Positions 5,633-13,299 of a stretch of 14,346 nt of DNA are shown here, one piece after another; the first letter of the stretch is position 1; every line of letters begins with the position of its first letter. The position numbers were made by a program, and so were the translations under genes. The stretch lies in IMG/VR virus record IMGVR_UViG_3300029496_000031, positions 1 to 14,346 of that record; one strand, 5' to 3'. The notes under the pieces were generated by a model, which did no database searches, was not told the origin of the DNA, and saw only the letters and a program-made list of their open reading frames with translations. The DNA is from a virus.

Positions 5633-8005
5633 ATGAAGGAAAACGACATAGTAAAAGAATATCGATTCAAGAAAGTATGGACAAACTTTTCCATTCTGGA
5701 AGTTGACGGACGTAAAACGAAAATACCAGTGAACCCTTATAACAGTCAGAACGGCAGCACAACTAACCCAAATAGCTGGAGCACCTATGACAAAGCCATG
5801 GAGAAAATCGGCCAACCGTGCTTTCTCTATTCTAAGAAGGCCAAAAGGCACTACCGGGGAACCATAGACGGCATAGGGATAGTGTTCACCGGCTGTGACT
5901 TAATGGGCCTCGACTTTGACCATGTACTGGATGAATCCGGAAACCTTGACCCGGCAGTGAAGGCCATTGTAGAAAAGGCTAATTCCTATACTGAAATCTC
6001 CCCATCCGGCCATGGGCTCCATATCCTGGCTAAAGGGAAACGCCTTGAACCGACCGGAGCGCAGAGAGTGTCTAAAGGAGAAACCTCAAAAGGAACTACA
6101 CCGGCCCCCTGTGAAATTGAATTTTATGACACTAGCAGATACTTTACTTTCACCGGCAAGGAATACTCCATCAGCAGCCCCCTGGCAGAGCGCACCAAGG
6201 AATTTGATGAGATTTACAGAACGTACATGAAGGTAAAAAAGGCGGAGATACCTACACCCGTCACCGTGCCTTCTCTACCTAAAAGCAGCAAGCCTCTGAC
6301 TGTTTCCGAAGTGCTGGATAAGATGCTTAAAGCGAGCGGCAGAATGGGGGAGATTAACAGGAAGCTTTATGCCGGTGATATTGATATCCCTGAGTATTAC
6401 CATACAGATGGGGAGCACCAGGGAGAACCTGATAAAAGCAAATGCGACCTTCATCTGGCAATGTCCGCCTATTATTTCTCAAATCTGGATGACAACATTA
6501 CCCGGCAGATTATGAATAGCAGCGGCCTTTATGACAGTAAATGGGAGGAAGGGGGGCACTGGACAACAGACCCCAAAAGGGCCGGGCTCTCCTGGATTGA
6601 GGGCACTATGGTAATCGCCCGTGAAAAAGCTGCTGCCCGTCTTGCCAAGGATCAGCAGAAGAACCGTATGACGGAAAGTTTTAAAGATAAATGGATTACA
6701 GACATGCAGAAAAGAGTTATCTTTAATCTTAATGAGAGTATGCCACAACTGAAGGAAGCCCTTAAGAAAATATTGAATAACCGCCTTTCTGAATTGACTA
6801 TCCAGGATGGGGACATTGTGAAAGAGCTCTATGACGTAGCTCATTATGAATTGAATCCTTTTGCTCCGAAACCTCTTCCCAAGCCTAAAGAAGTCTCCAT
6901 GACGGATTACCTTAAAACGGGAGAGCTGGAAAACAGAATTGCCTACTTTGCAAAGTACAAGGACCGGAAAACCGGATACAAGAACCTTGACCAGTATCTC
7001 ACCCTCTATCCGGGCCTTGCCATCCTGGGTGCTGTGCCTTCTCTGGGAAAAACAACCTTCTGCATGAACCTGGCTGAGAATCTTGTAAGGTCCGGCAACA
7101 CTGTGCTTTATATCGCATTGGAACAGGATCCCATGGAACTGGCCACCAAGGTGCTCGCTAGAAATATCTTTGAAAGATATGGTGATAAAACAGGGCTCAC
7201 CAACATTGATATCAAAAATGGGAAATCTGACAAATACCTGGACCTGGTAAAGGCTGAAATGGCTAAGAATCTCTCAGGACTTCACCTGGTGAAAGGGAAT
7301 TTCAACACCACTGTGGAAGATATTGTTGAACTTATTGACGACTTTATAGCTACCCGGAAAGTGACACCCATAGTATTTATTGACTATCTGCAGCTCATCG
7401 CTCCATCATCCGCTGAGAAGTCTGACGACGGAGTGGACTATAGAAGCCGCACGCAGAGAGAAATCTGTGACCACTCGCTGAAGGTGCTGAAGTCTTACCA
7501 GATGAAGGACCCTGACACTTCCCTATTAATCTGGCTTGTTTCCTCTTTTAACCGTAACAGCTACCAGGCACCGGCTGATTATAGCTCCTTCAAAGAAACC
7601 GGCGGTATTGAATACACCTGTGATTATGTATTCGCTCTGCAGCCTTCTGTCATGAGTGAGGACTCATATTTCTATAAAGAATCCAAGACAAAGAGCGGCG
7701 GCGTAACTCAGAAAGAAACCACCAACTATGAAAGACAGAAGAAATTTGAGGACGCTGTAAAAGGCCAGCCAAGGGACAGCAAGGATAGACCAATAAGCGG
7801 CCTAAAGAATTACCGTGAAATCCAGTTTAAGAGTATCAAGAACCGGAACGGCATGCAGAAATTCAACGCCTTTTTCCGTTACCATCCGGCCGCTGATTCT
7901 TTTGTAATCTCGACCGCATACGGCGCCAGTGACTATCCGGTAGAAGCCTCTGATTTCACGGACGACCAGGCAGATGAGGAAAGCCTGGATGACCTTTGGG
8001 AGTAA
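5633..8005 (+). CDS. Bifunctional primase-polymerase (AEP/prim-pol N-terminal domain) fused to a DnaB-like helicase ATPase domain, 790 aa. Start at ATG 5633.
   Basis: RBS AGGGAG 6 nt before ATG 5633. Prim-pol motifs K.P (KIPVNP), DxD (GLDFDH) and sGxGlH (SPSGHGLHIL). The C-terminal half has Walker A GAVPSLGKTT and a DnaB-type Walker B IVFIDYLQLI. Confidence 0.75.
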   Translation: MKENDIVKEYRFKKVWTNFSILEVDGRKTKIPVNPYNSQNGSTTNPNSWSTYDKAMEKIGQPCFLYSKKAKRHYRGTIDGIGIVFTGCDLMGLDFDHVLDESGNLDPAVKAIVEKANSYTEISPSGHGLHILAKGKRLEPTGAQRVSKGETSKGTTPAPCEIEFYDTSRYFTFTGKEYSISSPLAERTKEFDEIYRTYMKVKKAEIPTPVTVPSLPKSSKPLTVSEVLDKMLKASGRMGEINRKLYAGDIDIPEYYHTDGEHQGEPDKSKCDLHLAMSAYYFSNLDDNITRQIMNSSGLYDSKWEEGGHWTTDPKRAGLSWIEGTMVIAREKAAARLAKDQQKNRMTESFKDKWITDMQKRVIFNLNESMPQLKEALKKILNNRLSELTIQDGDIVKELYDVAHYELNPFAPKPLPKPKEVSMTDYLKTGELENRIAYFAKYKDRKTGYKNLDQYLTLYPGLAILGAVPSLGKTTFCMNLAENLVRSGNTVLYIALEQDPMELATKVLARNIFERYGDKTGLTNIDIKNGKSDKYLDLVKAEMAKNLSGLHLVKGNFNTTVEDIVELIDDFIATRKVTPIVFIDYLQLIAPSSAEKSDDGVDYRSRTQREICDHSLKVLKSYQMKDPDTSLLIWLVSSFNRNSYQAPADYSSFKETGGIEYTCDYVFALQPSVMSEDSYFYKESKTKSGGVTQKETTNYERQKKFEDAVKGQPRDSKDRPISGLKNYREIQFKSIKNRNGMQKFNAFFRYHPAADSFVISTAYGASDYPVEASDFTDDQADEESLDDLWE

Positions 8006-8104
8006 AATGGAAGCAGCGAATGAGTGGAATAGAGCGTAGAAATGAACAAAAATGCACATCCCCTCTCCGTGCTTTTCCCAAGGCGCCTAAGAAATCCCGG
8101 AATT

Positions 8105-8125
8105 ATGTATACATTTTGGTATAAT
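8105..8125 (+). promoter_or_regulatory. Promoter with extended -10 TGgTATAAT (8117-8125), overlapped upstream by a perfect 10-bp palindrome ATGTATACAT (8105-8114; motif family B, also at 5454-5472)
   Basis: Read directly. The -35 is weak, but the TG extension is present. Confidence 0.45.
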
Positions 8126-8131
8126 GGCTAA

Positions 8132-8209
8132 AACAGCCAGGAAAGGTACATAGACTGGGGAATGATATCAGAGATTGACAGGCTCTCTTATGGGCCTGTT
8201 TTTCTTTTG
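8132..8209 (+). ncRNA. Candidate small RNA (~75-80 nt) running from the 8117-8125 promoter to a terminator-like hairpin
   Basis: The promoter's -10 ends at 8125. A 6-bp stem ACAGGC (8178-8183) / GCCTGT (8194-8199) is followed by TTTTTCTTTTG (8199-8209). There is no ORF with an RBS in between. Confidence 0.25.
8178..8209 (+). terminator. Weak rho-independent terminator-like hairpin plus U-tract in the primase-to-head-module intergenic region
   Basis: Stem ACAGGC/GCCTGT with a 10-nt loop, followed by a T-rich run. Confidence 0.4.
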
Positions 8210-8216
8210 TGTAAAA

Positions 8217-8234
8217 GGTTTACTGTAGTAAACC
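8217..8234. promoter_or_regulatory. Perfect palindrome GGTTTACT-GT-AGTAAACC (motif family C; related copy at 1092-1107 upstream of parA)
   Basis: 8-bp perfect inverted arms read directly. It lies ~50 bp upstream of the second TGgTATAAT promoter. Confidence 0.45.
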
Positions 8235-8282
8235 ATGGTAATTTTCAGTATATCTGTATTCCTTTCAAATATGTTTCTATTA

Positions 8283-8291
8283 TGGTATAAT
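8283..8291 (+). promoter_or_regulatory. Extended -10 promoter TGgTATAAT (-35-like TTTCAA at 8263-8268). Likely promoter of the head-morphogenesis operon (8348 onward).
   Basis: Read directly. It has the same TTATGGTATAATG core as the 8113-8126 promoter, and the next gene starts ~55 bp downstream. Confidence 0.45.
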
Positions 8292-8347
8292 GTAAGTAAC
8301 AAAGTTTTATGTTAAATGCAAAAGGAAATGAAAGGAAGGGAAAGAAA

Positions 8348-8695
8348 ATGGAAGAACAGAAAGAAAATGAAGTGCATGAAAGTACTGAAAAAACTGTTTC
8401 AAGAAATTTAGGTAAAACAATCGTAGTGAGACATCTCAGAATCAGGAAGTATATTATTGGTGACTCTGCCAGCAGTACAGCAAAGACCATTTTTAACGCA
8501 GAAATCCCCACATACTTTGCCCTTCCTGGCATGTTCACCTACATTGATCCCCGTTATCCTTCTATTGTCCGATTTGTAAATATGGCTGATGTTCTTGAAA
8601 TCGGAATGGACGTCAACAATATGAGTGATTTCCTCAATCTCCGCACACTTATGTTACGCAATAAGGAGGTGCCTTTCTTCAGATGGCCGAGGTAA
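8348..8695 (+). CDS. Hypothetical protein (115 aa), first gene of the morphogenesis operon. Start at ATG 8348.
   Basis: RBS AAGGAAGGG 7 nt before ATG 8348. No recognisable motifs. Confidence 0.45.
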   Translation: MEEQKENEVHESTEKTVSRNLGKTIVVRHLRIRKYIIGDSASSTAKTIFNAEIPTYFALPGMFTYIDPRYPSIVRFVNMADVLEIGMDVNNMSDFLNLRTLMLRNKEVPFFRWPR

Positions 8696-8967
8696 ACAGA
8701 ACTAAAGTGACAGCAGAATATATCATGCTGCTGGCCCATCGAAACAGACCGGATGAACCGGCCATGACCATGCTCAACCACCCTACCATCCTTCTGGATC
8801 ATCCCGTTATCAAGGGCATGCTCCCAGTGGTTACAGATAGGCTGCCGAATGATGTGAAATATATCCGCATTGATGAAATCAAGGCCCTGGGATTTAAGAA
8901 GGGAGACCTTGAATCTATGGCCCTGGTAGCTGAAGCATTTGACTGGGCCGTGCCTTCTGCCGACTGA
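8683..8967 (+). CDS. Hypothetical protein (94 aa), overlapping the previous gene by 13 nt. The start is uncertain.
   Basis: ORF on the same strand as the whole operon. AAGGAGG at 8663-8669 is 13 nt from ATG 8683 (long spacer). The minus-strand ORFs overlapping here are rejected. Confidence 0.35.
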   Translation: MAEVNRTKVTAEYIMLLAHRNRPDEPAMTMLNHPTILLDHPVIKGMLPVVTDRLPNDVKYIRIDEIKALGFKKGDLESMALVAEAFDWAVPSAD

Positions 8968-8981
8968 GAGAAGGTGCAATA

Positions 8982-10172
8982 GTGAATTTCCTTTCCCGAA
9001 TCTTTAGCCGGAAAGCGACAGCAACCGGCACAAAGCTCATAAATGAAAATACCGGGCGATTCACAGCCTACGATGGAAATATCTATGAAAATGATATTTT
9101 CCGGGCTGGTGTGGACGCCATCGCTAGAAATTGCGGAAAGCTGAAGGGCTCCCATATCGTCATATCAGGCGATGATAGAGCCCAGGGGGACAGCCGTATC
9201 AACCGTATTTTACAGATACGGCCTAACCCGTACATGAGCGCCTATGATTTCCTGTATAAGATGGTGACTCACCTCTATATCGACAATAACGCCTTTGCGC
9301 TCCTCTCCTTCAATGCACAGGGGCAGCTTGACGCCATTTATCCCATCACGGCCACCAGCGTGCAGGTGCTGAGAGACGCCACGGGCTCCCTCTACTGTGC
9401 CTTCACCATGCCGGACGGCGGCAGATTTACCTTTGCCTATGACAACCTCATACATCTGAGGCGGTTTTTCAATTCCAATGACGTACTGGGAGACGGCAAC
9501 GGCGCAATCAGGCCAGGGCTTGAACTCGCCCAGGCCCAGAATGATGGAATCATCAACGGCATTAAGAGCGGCGCCAGTATCCGGGGGATACTGAAATACA
9601 CCACAGTCATGGCTCCTGAGCAGCTGAAGAAAGATAAAGACCGCTTTATAGCCGACTATCTTGATGTATCGAACAATGGCGGCGTGGTAGCGACCGATAC
9701 AAAAGCCGAATATACGCCCATTGAATCCCATCCCGTGACTGTATCCGGCGATGAGATGAACGCTGCAAAGAGCAAGATTTTCAACTATCTGGGAGTCACA
9801 GAGCCAGTAGTAAATTCCAGTTACACAGAAGATCAGTTTTCTGCTTTTTACGAATCCACCATAGAGCCCATTGCTATGGCCCTTTCCCAGGAAATGACCT
9901 ACAAGATTTTCACCGCCCGTGAAATTGCCTTTGGCAACCAGATTATTTTTGAATCTGGAACCATCCAATTCACATCCAACAAGACGAAAATCAACCTGAT
10001 AAGCAACATGCTCCCCTATGGCGTTCTTACCATCAACCAGGCGCTTGAAATCCTGAACCTTCCCTCTGTGCCGGATGGTGACAGGCGGCTCCAGGCCCTC
10101 AACATGATTGACGCCCAAAAGGCGCTCAAGTACCAAGTTGGGGAACAGCAGGAAGGAGAGAAGGAAGAATGA
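8982..10172 (+). CDS. Portal protein, HK97 family (396 aa), GTG start
   Basis: RBS GAGAAGG 7 nt before GTG 8982. Sequence features typical of Phage_portal (ILQIRPNPYMSAYDFLYKMVTHLYIDNNAFALL...). Size ~400 aa. It immediately precedes the prohead protease. Confidence 0.85.
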   Translation: MNFLSRIFSRKATATGTKLINENTGRFTAYDGNIYENDIFRAGVDAIARNCGKLKGSHIVISGDDRAQGDSRINRILQIRPNPYMSAYDFLYKMVTHLYIDNNAFALLSFNAQGQLDAIYPITATSVQVLRDATGSLYCAFTMPDGGRFTFAYDNLIHLRRFFNSNDVLGDGNGAIRPGLELAQAQNDGIINGIKSGASIRGILKYTTVMAPEQLKKDKDRFIADYLDVSNNGGVVATDTKAEYTPIESHPVTVSGDEMNAAKSKIFNYLGVTEPVVNSSYTEDQFSAFYESTIEPIAMALSQEMTYKIFTAREIAFGNQIIFESGTIQFTSNKTKINLISNMLPYGVLTINQALEILNLPSVPDGDRRLQALNMIDAQKALKYQVGEQQEGEKEE

Positions 10173-10729
10173 AAGAAAAGCGATTCGCAAAAATCGAGAT
10201 CAGAAGCGATAACAGCAAGCAGCTGGTACTCACCGGACGGCCGGTGATTCTTAACCAGCCCACTGTTATCGCTGAAGATTATAAGGAAGTCATTGCTCCC
10301 GGTGCTCTGGACGGCACGGACTTGACAGATGTCAGGCTTTTATACAACCATGACCTGTCCACCGTGCCTTTAGCCAGGACGCCCAAGACAATGGCTCTCA
10401 CAGTCGACCCGGCAGGGCTGACATTCACCGCTACACTCCCAGATACGGAATACGGCCGCACCGTTTACGAAGCTGTGAAGCGTGGCGATTTATCCGGCAT
10501 GAGCTTTAGCTTTAAGGTACCGGAAGGGGGAGACTCTTATGATCCGGCCACAAACACCCGGACCATCACCAAGATTGAAAAAATCTATGAGTGCTCCATT
10601 GTGCCTTTCCCAGCGTATCCCCAGACATCGGTAGAAGCCAGGGACGCCATCAAGGCCGGCAGGACAAGATGGAAAGCAAAACAGCATGCTAAACTGCTTA
10701 TTCACCAGATTATGAAAGTGAGGTTTTAA
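10169..10729 (+). CDS. Prohead maturation protease, HK97 family (Peptidase S78/U35), 186 aa
   Basis: ATG overlaps the portal stop (GAATGA). Family-typical sequence (LLYNHD..., GDLSGMSFSFKV) and canonical position between portal and major capsid protein. Confidence 0.8.
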   Translation: MKEKRFAKIEIRSDNSKQLVLTGRPVILNQPTVIAEDYKEVIAPGALDGTDLTDVRLLYNHDLSTVPLARTPKTMALTVDPAGLTFTATLPDTEYGRTVYEAVKRGDLSGMSFSFKVPEGGDSYDPATNTRTITKIEKIYECSIVPFPAYPQTSVEARDAIKAGRTRWKAKQHAKLLIHQIMKVRF

Positions 10730-10731
10730 CC

Positions 10732-11949
10732 ATGAAATTCAAGACTATTGCTGAAGCATTTAACTACTACAGAAACCACAGCGCCGCTGATATTGAAAAG
10801 AGAGCGGCAGCCATCAATGAACTCATTGAAAAGGACCCCAGCGCCGATATTGACGCCCTCAACATCGAACTGGAAGGACTGAAACAGGCCAAGGAAAACC
10901 TGGAACAGCGTGCCCAGAAATTCAAGCACACTGAAGGAGCTCCCCTTTCCGGTGGCATGCAGCCCCGGCAGCAGGTACTCACTCCTGAAAATGTATTCGA
11001 CTCCAAGGAATATAGAAGCGCATTTTTCAAGAATCTGATGGGCCGCAGCCTGAACGCCCAGGAAAAAGAAGCCTTCACCATGGCCCAGGGAGTAGTGGAA
11101 AAGCGTGCCGGTACATTCATTTCTGCAACGGACGCCGCAGCCGTGCTGCCGACCACCACCCTCAATGAAATCATTAAGAAAGCACGGACCATGGGCGGCC
11201 TTCTCCCAGAAGTGCGCTCTTTCTCCGTGCCTTCTAAAATTGCTATCCCGGTAGCGACACCTACCAATAAAGCAGCCTGGCATGTAGAAGGTGCTGAAGT
11301 CGCTGCAGATAAAGCAGCACTCTCCTCTGTTATCTTTGACCCTAATGAGCTCATCAAGGTTTTCTCCCTCTCTGCAAAAGCAAGCACCATGAGCATTGCA
11401 GCATTTGAGGCGTACCTGGTGGATGAACTCTCCGCTTGCGTGATGGACGCCCTGGATGATTCTCTCATTAATGGCACCGGTGCAGGCCAGGGCAAAGGAC
11501 TGGAAAAAGGAATCACCTGGAACGCAGACAACACAGTAACCACCTCTGCCCTCTCCTATGCAGATATCGTTTCCCTCATCGCCAAACTGAAGAGAGGTTA
11601 TTCCAACGGCGCCAAGTTTGCAATGAATAATGCAACACTCTACACCAAGATTTACGGACTGGTAGACGGCAATAAGAGACCTATCTTCATTACAGACGCC
11701 CAGAACCAGACTGTGGGCAGAATCCTTTCCTTCCCGGTAATCGTGGATGACAACATCCCGGATGATGTTATCTACTTTGGTAACTTCAAGGCCTACCTGG
11801 GATACAATCTGCCGGAAGGTATCATGATTGAATCCTCTCGTGCCTCTTCCTTCAAGCAGGGGCTGATTGACTACAGAGCGCTGGCGATCGCCGACACCCA
11901 GCCGCTTGTAACAGAAGCATTTGTAAAGCTGACCAAGACTGCAGGCTGA
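10732..11949 (+). CDS. Major capsid protein, HK97 fold, with an N-terminal coiled-coil delta/scaffolding region, 405 aa
   Basis: RBS AGTGAGG 8 nt before ATG. The N-terminal ~100 aa is coiled-coil (AAINELIEKDP...LEGLKQAKENLEQRAQKF), followed by an HK97-like body. Position after the protease and a strong terminator after the gene. Confidence 0.85.
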   Translation: MKFKTIAEAFNYYRNHSAADIEKRAAAINELIEKDPSADIDALNIELEGLKQAKENLEQRAQKFKHTEGAPLSGGMQPRQQVLTPENVFDSKEYRSAFFKNLMGRSLNAQEKEAFTMAQGVVEKRAGTFISATDAAAVLPTTTLNEIIKKARTMGGLLPEVRSFSVPSKIAIPVATPTNKAAWHVEGAEVAADKAALSSVIFDPNELIKVFSLSAKASTMSIAAFEAYLVDELSACVMDALDDSLINGTGAGQGKGLEKGITWNADNTVTTSALSYADIVSLIAKLKRGYSNGAKFAMNNATLYTKIYGLVDGNKRPIFITDAQNQTVGRILSFPVIVDDNIPDDVIYFGNFKAYLGYNLPEGIMIESSRASSFKQGLIDYRALAIADTQPLVTEAFVKLTKTAG

Positions 11950-11962
11950 TAATTTCAATTGA

Positions 11963-12006
11963 AGAGGGCACGGGGTATAAATTGCCCTCTGCCCTCTTTT
12001 CTTTTT
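11963..12006 (+). terminator. Rho-independent terminator after the major capsid gene
   Basis: Stem AGAGGGCA (11963-11970) / TGCCCTCT (11983-11990) with a 12-nt loop, then GCCCTCTTTTCTTTTT. Confidence 0.6.
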
Positions 12007-12022
12007 ACAAGGAGAAACCATC

Positions 12023-12292
12023 ATGACATTGGAAGAAGCGTGCAACGTATTGAGAGTAGACCCAGGAACAAATGACGATTTAATCAACAGCCTTATAAAG
12101 GCCATTCCATCCTACATTGAACTGAAAACCGGAATGACGGAAAAGGCACAGGAAAATGAGCCGCTTGTAAAAACAGTATCCGGCTTTATTCTGCAGCTGT
12201 GGTATTTTAGCGACAACATTGATGATAAAGTATTGAACCGGACTATTGACTCCCTTCTCTGTGCCATCACACTGAAGGCAAAACAGGAGTGA
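12023..12292 (+). CDS. gp6-like head-tail connector (Phage_connect_1-like), 89 aa
   Basis: RBS AAGGAG 8 nt before ATG. The N-terminus MTLEEACNVLRVDPGTNDDLINSLIKAIPSYIELKTG is typical of the phage gp6/DNA-packaging head-tail connector family. Position after the major capsid protein. Confidence 0.55.
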   Translation: MTLEEACNVLRVDPGTNDDLINSLIKAIPSYIELKTGMTEKAQENEPLVKTVSGFILQLWYFSDNIDDKVLNRTIDSLLCAITLKAKQE

Positions 12293-12303
12293 AGGTGAGG
12301 AGA

Positions 12304-12356
12304 GCGCATTTACATGTCTGAGAAAATCTCAGACATACATGCGCCGCCAGAGGCGG
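12304..12356. promoter_or_regulatory. Long imperfect hairpin (GCGCAT..ACATGTCTGAG-AAAAT-CTCAGACAT..ATGCGC) plus a small GC hairpin (CCGCC-AGA-GGCGG) just upstream of the HNH gene RBS
   Basis: Read directly. There is no downstream U-tract, so it is not a canonical terminator. Possible processing, attenuation or protein-binding element. Confidence 0.3.
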
Positions 12357-12372
12357 AAAGGAGCAAGCCATC

Positions 12373-12756
12373 ATGACCAGAAAAGACTTCTACAACAGCA
12401 AAGAATGGAAACGCACAGCAAGGGCCTATCTGCAATCGCAGCACTATGTGTGCGAGCGATGCGGAAGGCCGGCAGTCATCTGCCACCATAAGAAATACCT
12501 CAATGACAGGAACTACACTGATCCGGCTGTCTCCCTGTGCTTTGATAATCTGGAAGCACTCTGCCAGGACTGCCACAACAAAGAGCACAGCCTGAGGAGG
12601 CCGCTGGTAAAGTTTGATGAGGAAGGCAACGTGACCGGCTGCAAAGAATCAAAAGACCAAAGAGATTTCAGGCTGGAAAGGGAAGCCATGGAAAAGCTTT
12701 TTAAGAGAGAGAATTCACTACAGGCCCTCTCAGAGCGCTTGCGCAGAAGTTTATGA
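12373..12756 (+). CDS. HNH endonuclease (packaging-associated), 127 aa
   Basis: RBS AAAGGAG 9 nt before ATG. Cys/His zinc-finger HNH motifs CERCG...HH...CQDCHNKEH. It sits next to terS-terL, as in HK97-like cos phages. Confidence 0.85.
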   Translation: MTRKDFYNSKEWKRTARAYLQSQHYVCERCGRPAVICHHKKYLNDRNYTDPAVSLCFDNLEALCQDCHNKEHSLRRPLVKFDEEGNVTGCKESKDQRDFRLEREAMEKLFKRENSLQALSERLRRSL

Positions 12757-12931
12757 GTAATTTATCAAAAGATTTTCTGCAGCGCCTCTGAGACGATTTT
12801 AGAGTATTTCATAAAAGTTTCGAAACATTTATGAAAAAGGGAAGGGGGCCTCTCAAATTTTTTCTCTGAAATCCATACCGGCGTCAGCACCTCGGAAAAC
12901 CTCTCCCAGGATTTCCCCATAAGGGGGACAA
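12757..12931. other. HNH-terS intergenic region, a candidate DNA-packaging (cos/pac) recognition region. It contains a 32-bp near-perfect palindrome ATTTCATAAAAGTTTC|GAAACATTTATGAAAA (12806-12837; motif family A) and an inverted repeat GAAATCC (12868-12874) / GGATTTC (12909-12915).
   Basis: Repeats read directly. The positional argument is that cos sites of HNH-dependent phages lie next to the HNH/terS genes (established knowledge). The assignment itself is inference. Confidence 0.3.
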
Positions 12932-13294
12932 ATGGAAAAACCTATGGAAACATTTATGAAAGATGGTGAAACAAGCATGAAAATCAATAGGACATACACC
13001 GATATTTACAACCTCATACCGGAACAGAAGCAGCCAATAGCCAGGAAGCTCATCAATGAACTCCAATTCATGGAAAGGACTCTCACGGCCCTAAGAAAAG
13101 TGGTGGACTCTGAAGGAGTCACTGAACATTTTATTAATGGGAAACAGGATTTCTGGCGTGAAAGCACGGCCCTAAAGAGCTACAACACCACAATCCAGCG
13201 GTACAGCTCCCTTTCCAAGCAGCTCACAGACATGGTTGATAAGACAGCAGAGGCAGAGAATAATCCGGTGCTGGACTTCATCAAAGGGGAGTGA
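12932..13294 (+). CDS. terS: Terminase small subunit (P27-family-like), 120 aa from ATG 12932. An alternative start at ATG 12977 gives 105 aa (MKINR...).
   Basis: Small ORF immediately upstream of terL and downstream of HNH. SD AAGGGGG lies only 4 nt before ATG 12932, and a weak GGTGA lies 7 nt before ATG 12977. The 5' end overlaps a third copy of motif A (12947-12962). Confidence 0.55.
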   Translation: MEKPMETFMKDGETSMKINRTYTDIYNLIPEQKQPIARKLINELQFMERTLTALRKVVDSEGVTEHFINGKQDFWRESTALKSYNTTIQRYSSLSKQLTDMVDKTAEAENNPVLDFIKGE

Positions 13295-13299
13295 TCCCC

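Noticed and set aside
9210-10190. 326-aa ORF on the minus strand
   Set aside because: It is entirely antisense to the confidently identified portal gene and has no RBS or start context. It is typical of the long spurious antisense frames that arise opposite real genes.
10726-12105. 459-aa and 258-aa (10767-11543) ORFs on the minus strand
   Set aside because: They are antisense to the major capsid gene and span the capsid terminator. Their low-complexity, Cys/Gly-rich translations are not protein-like.
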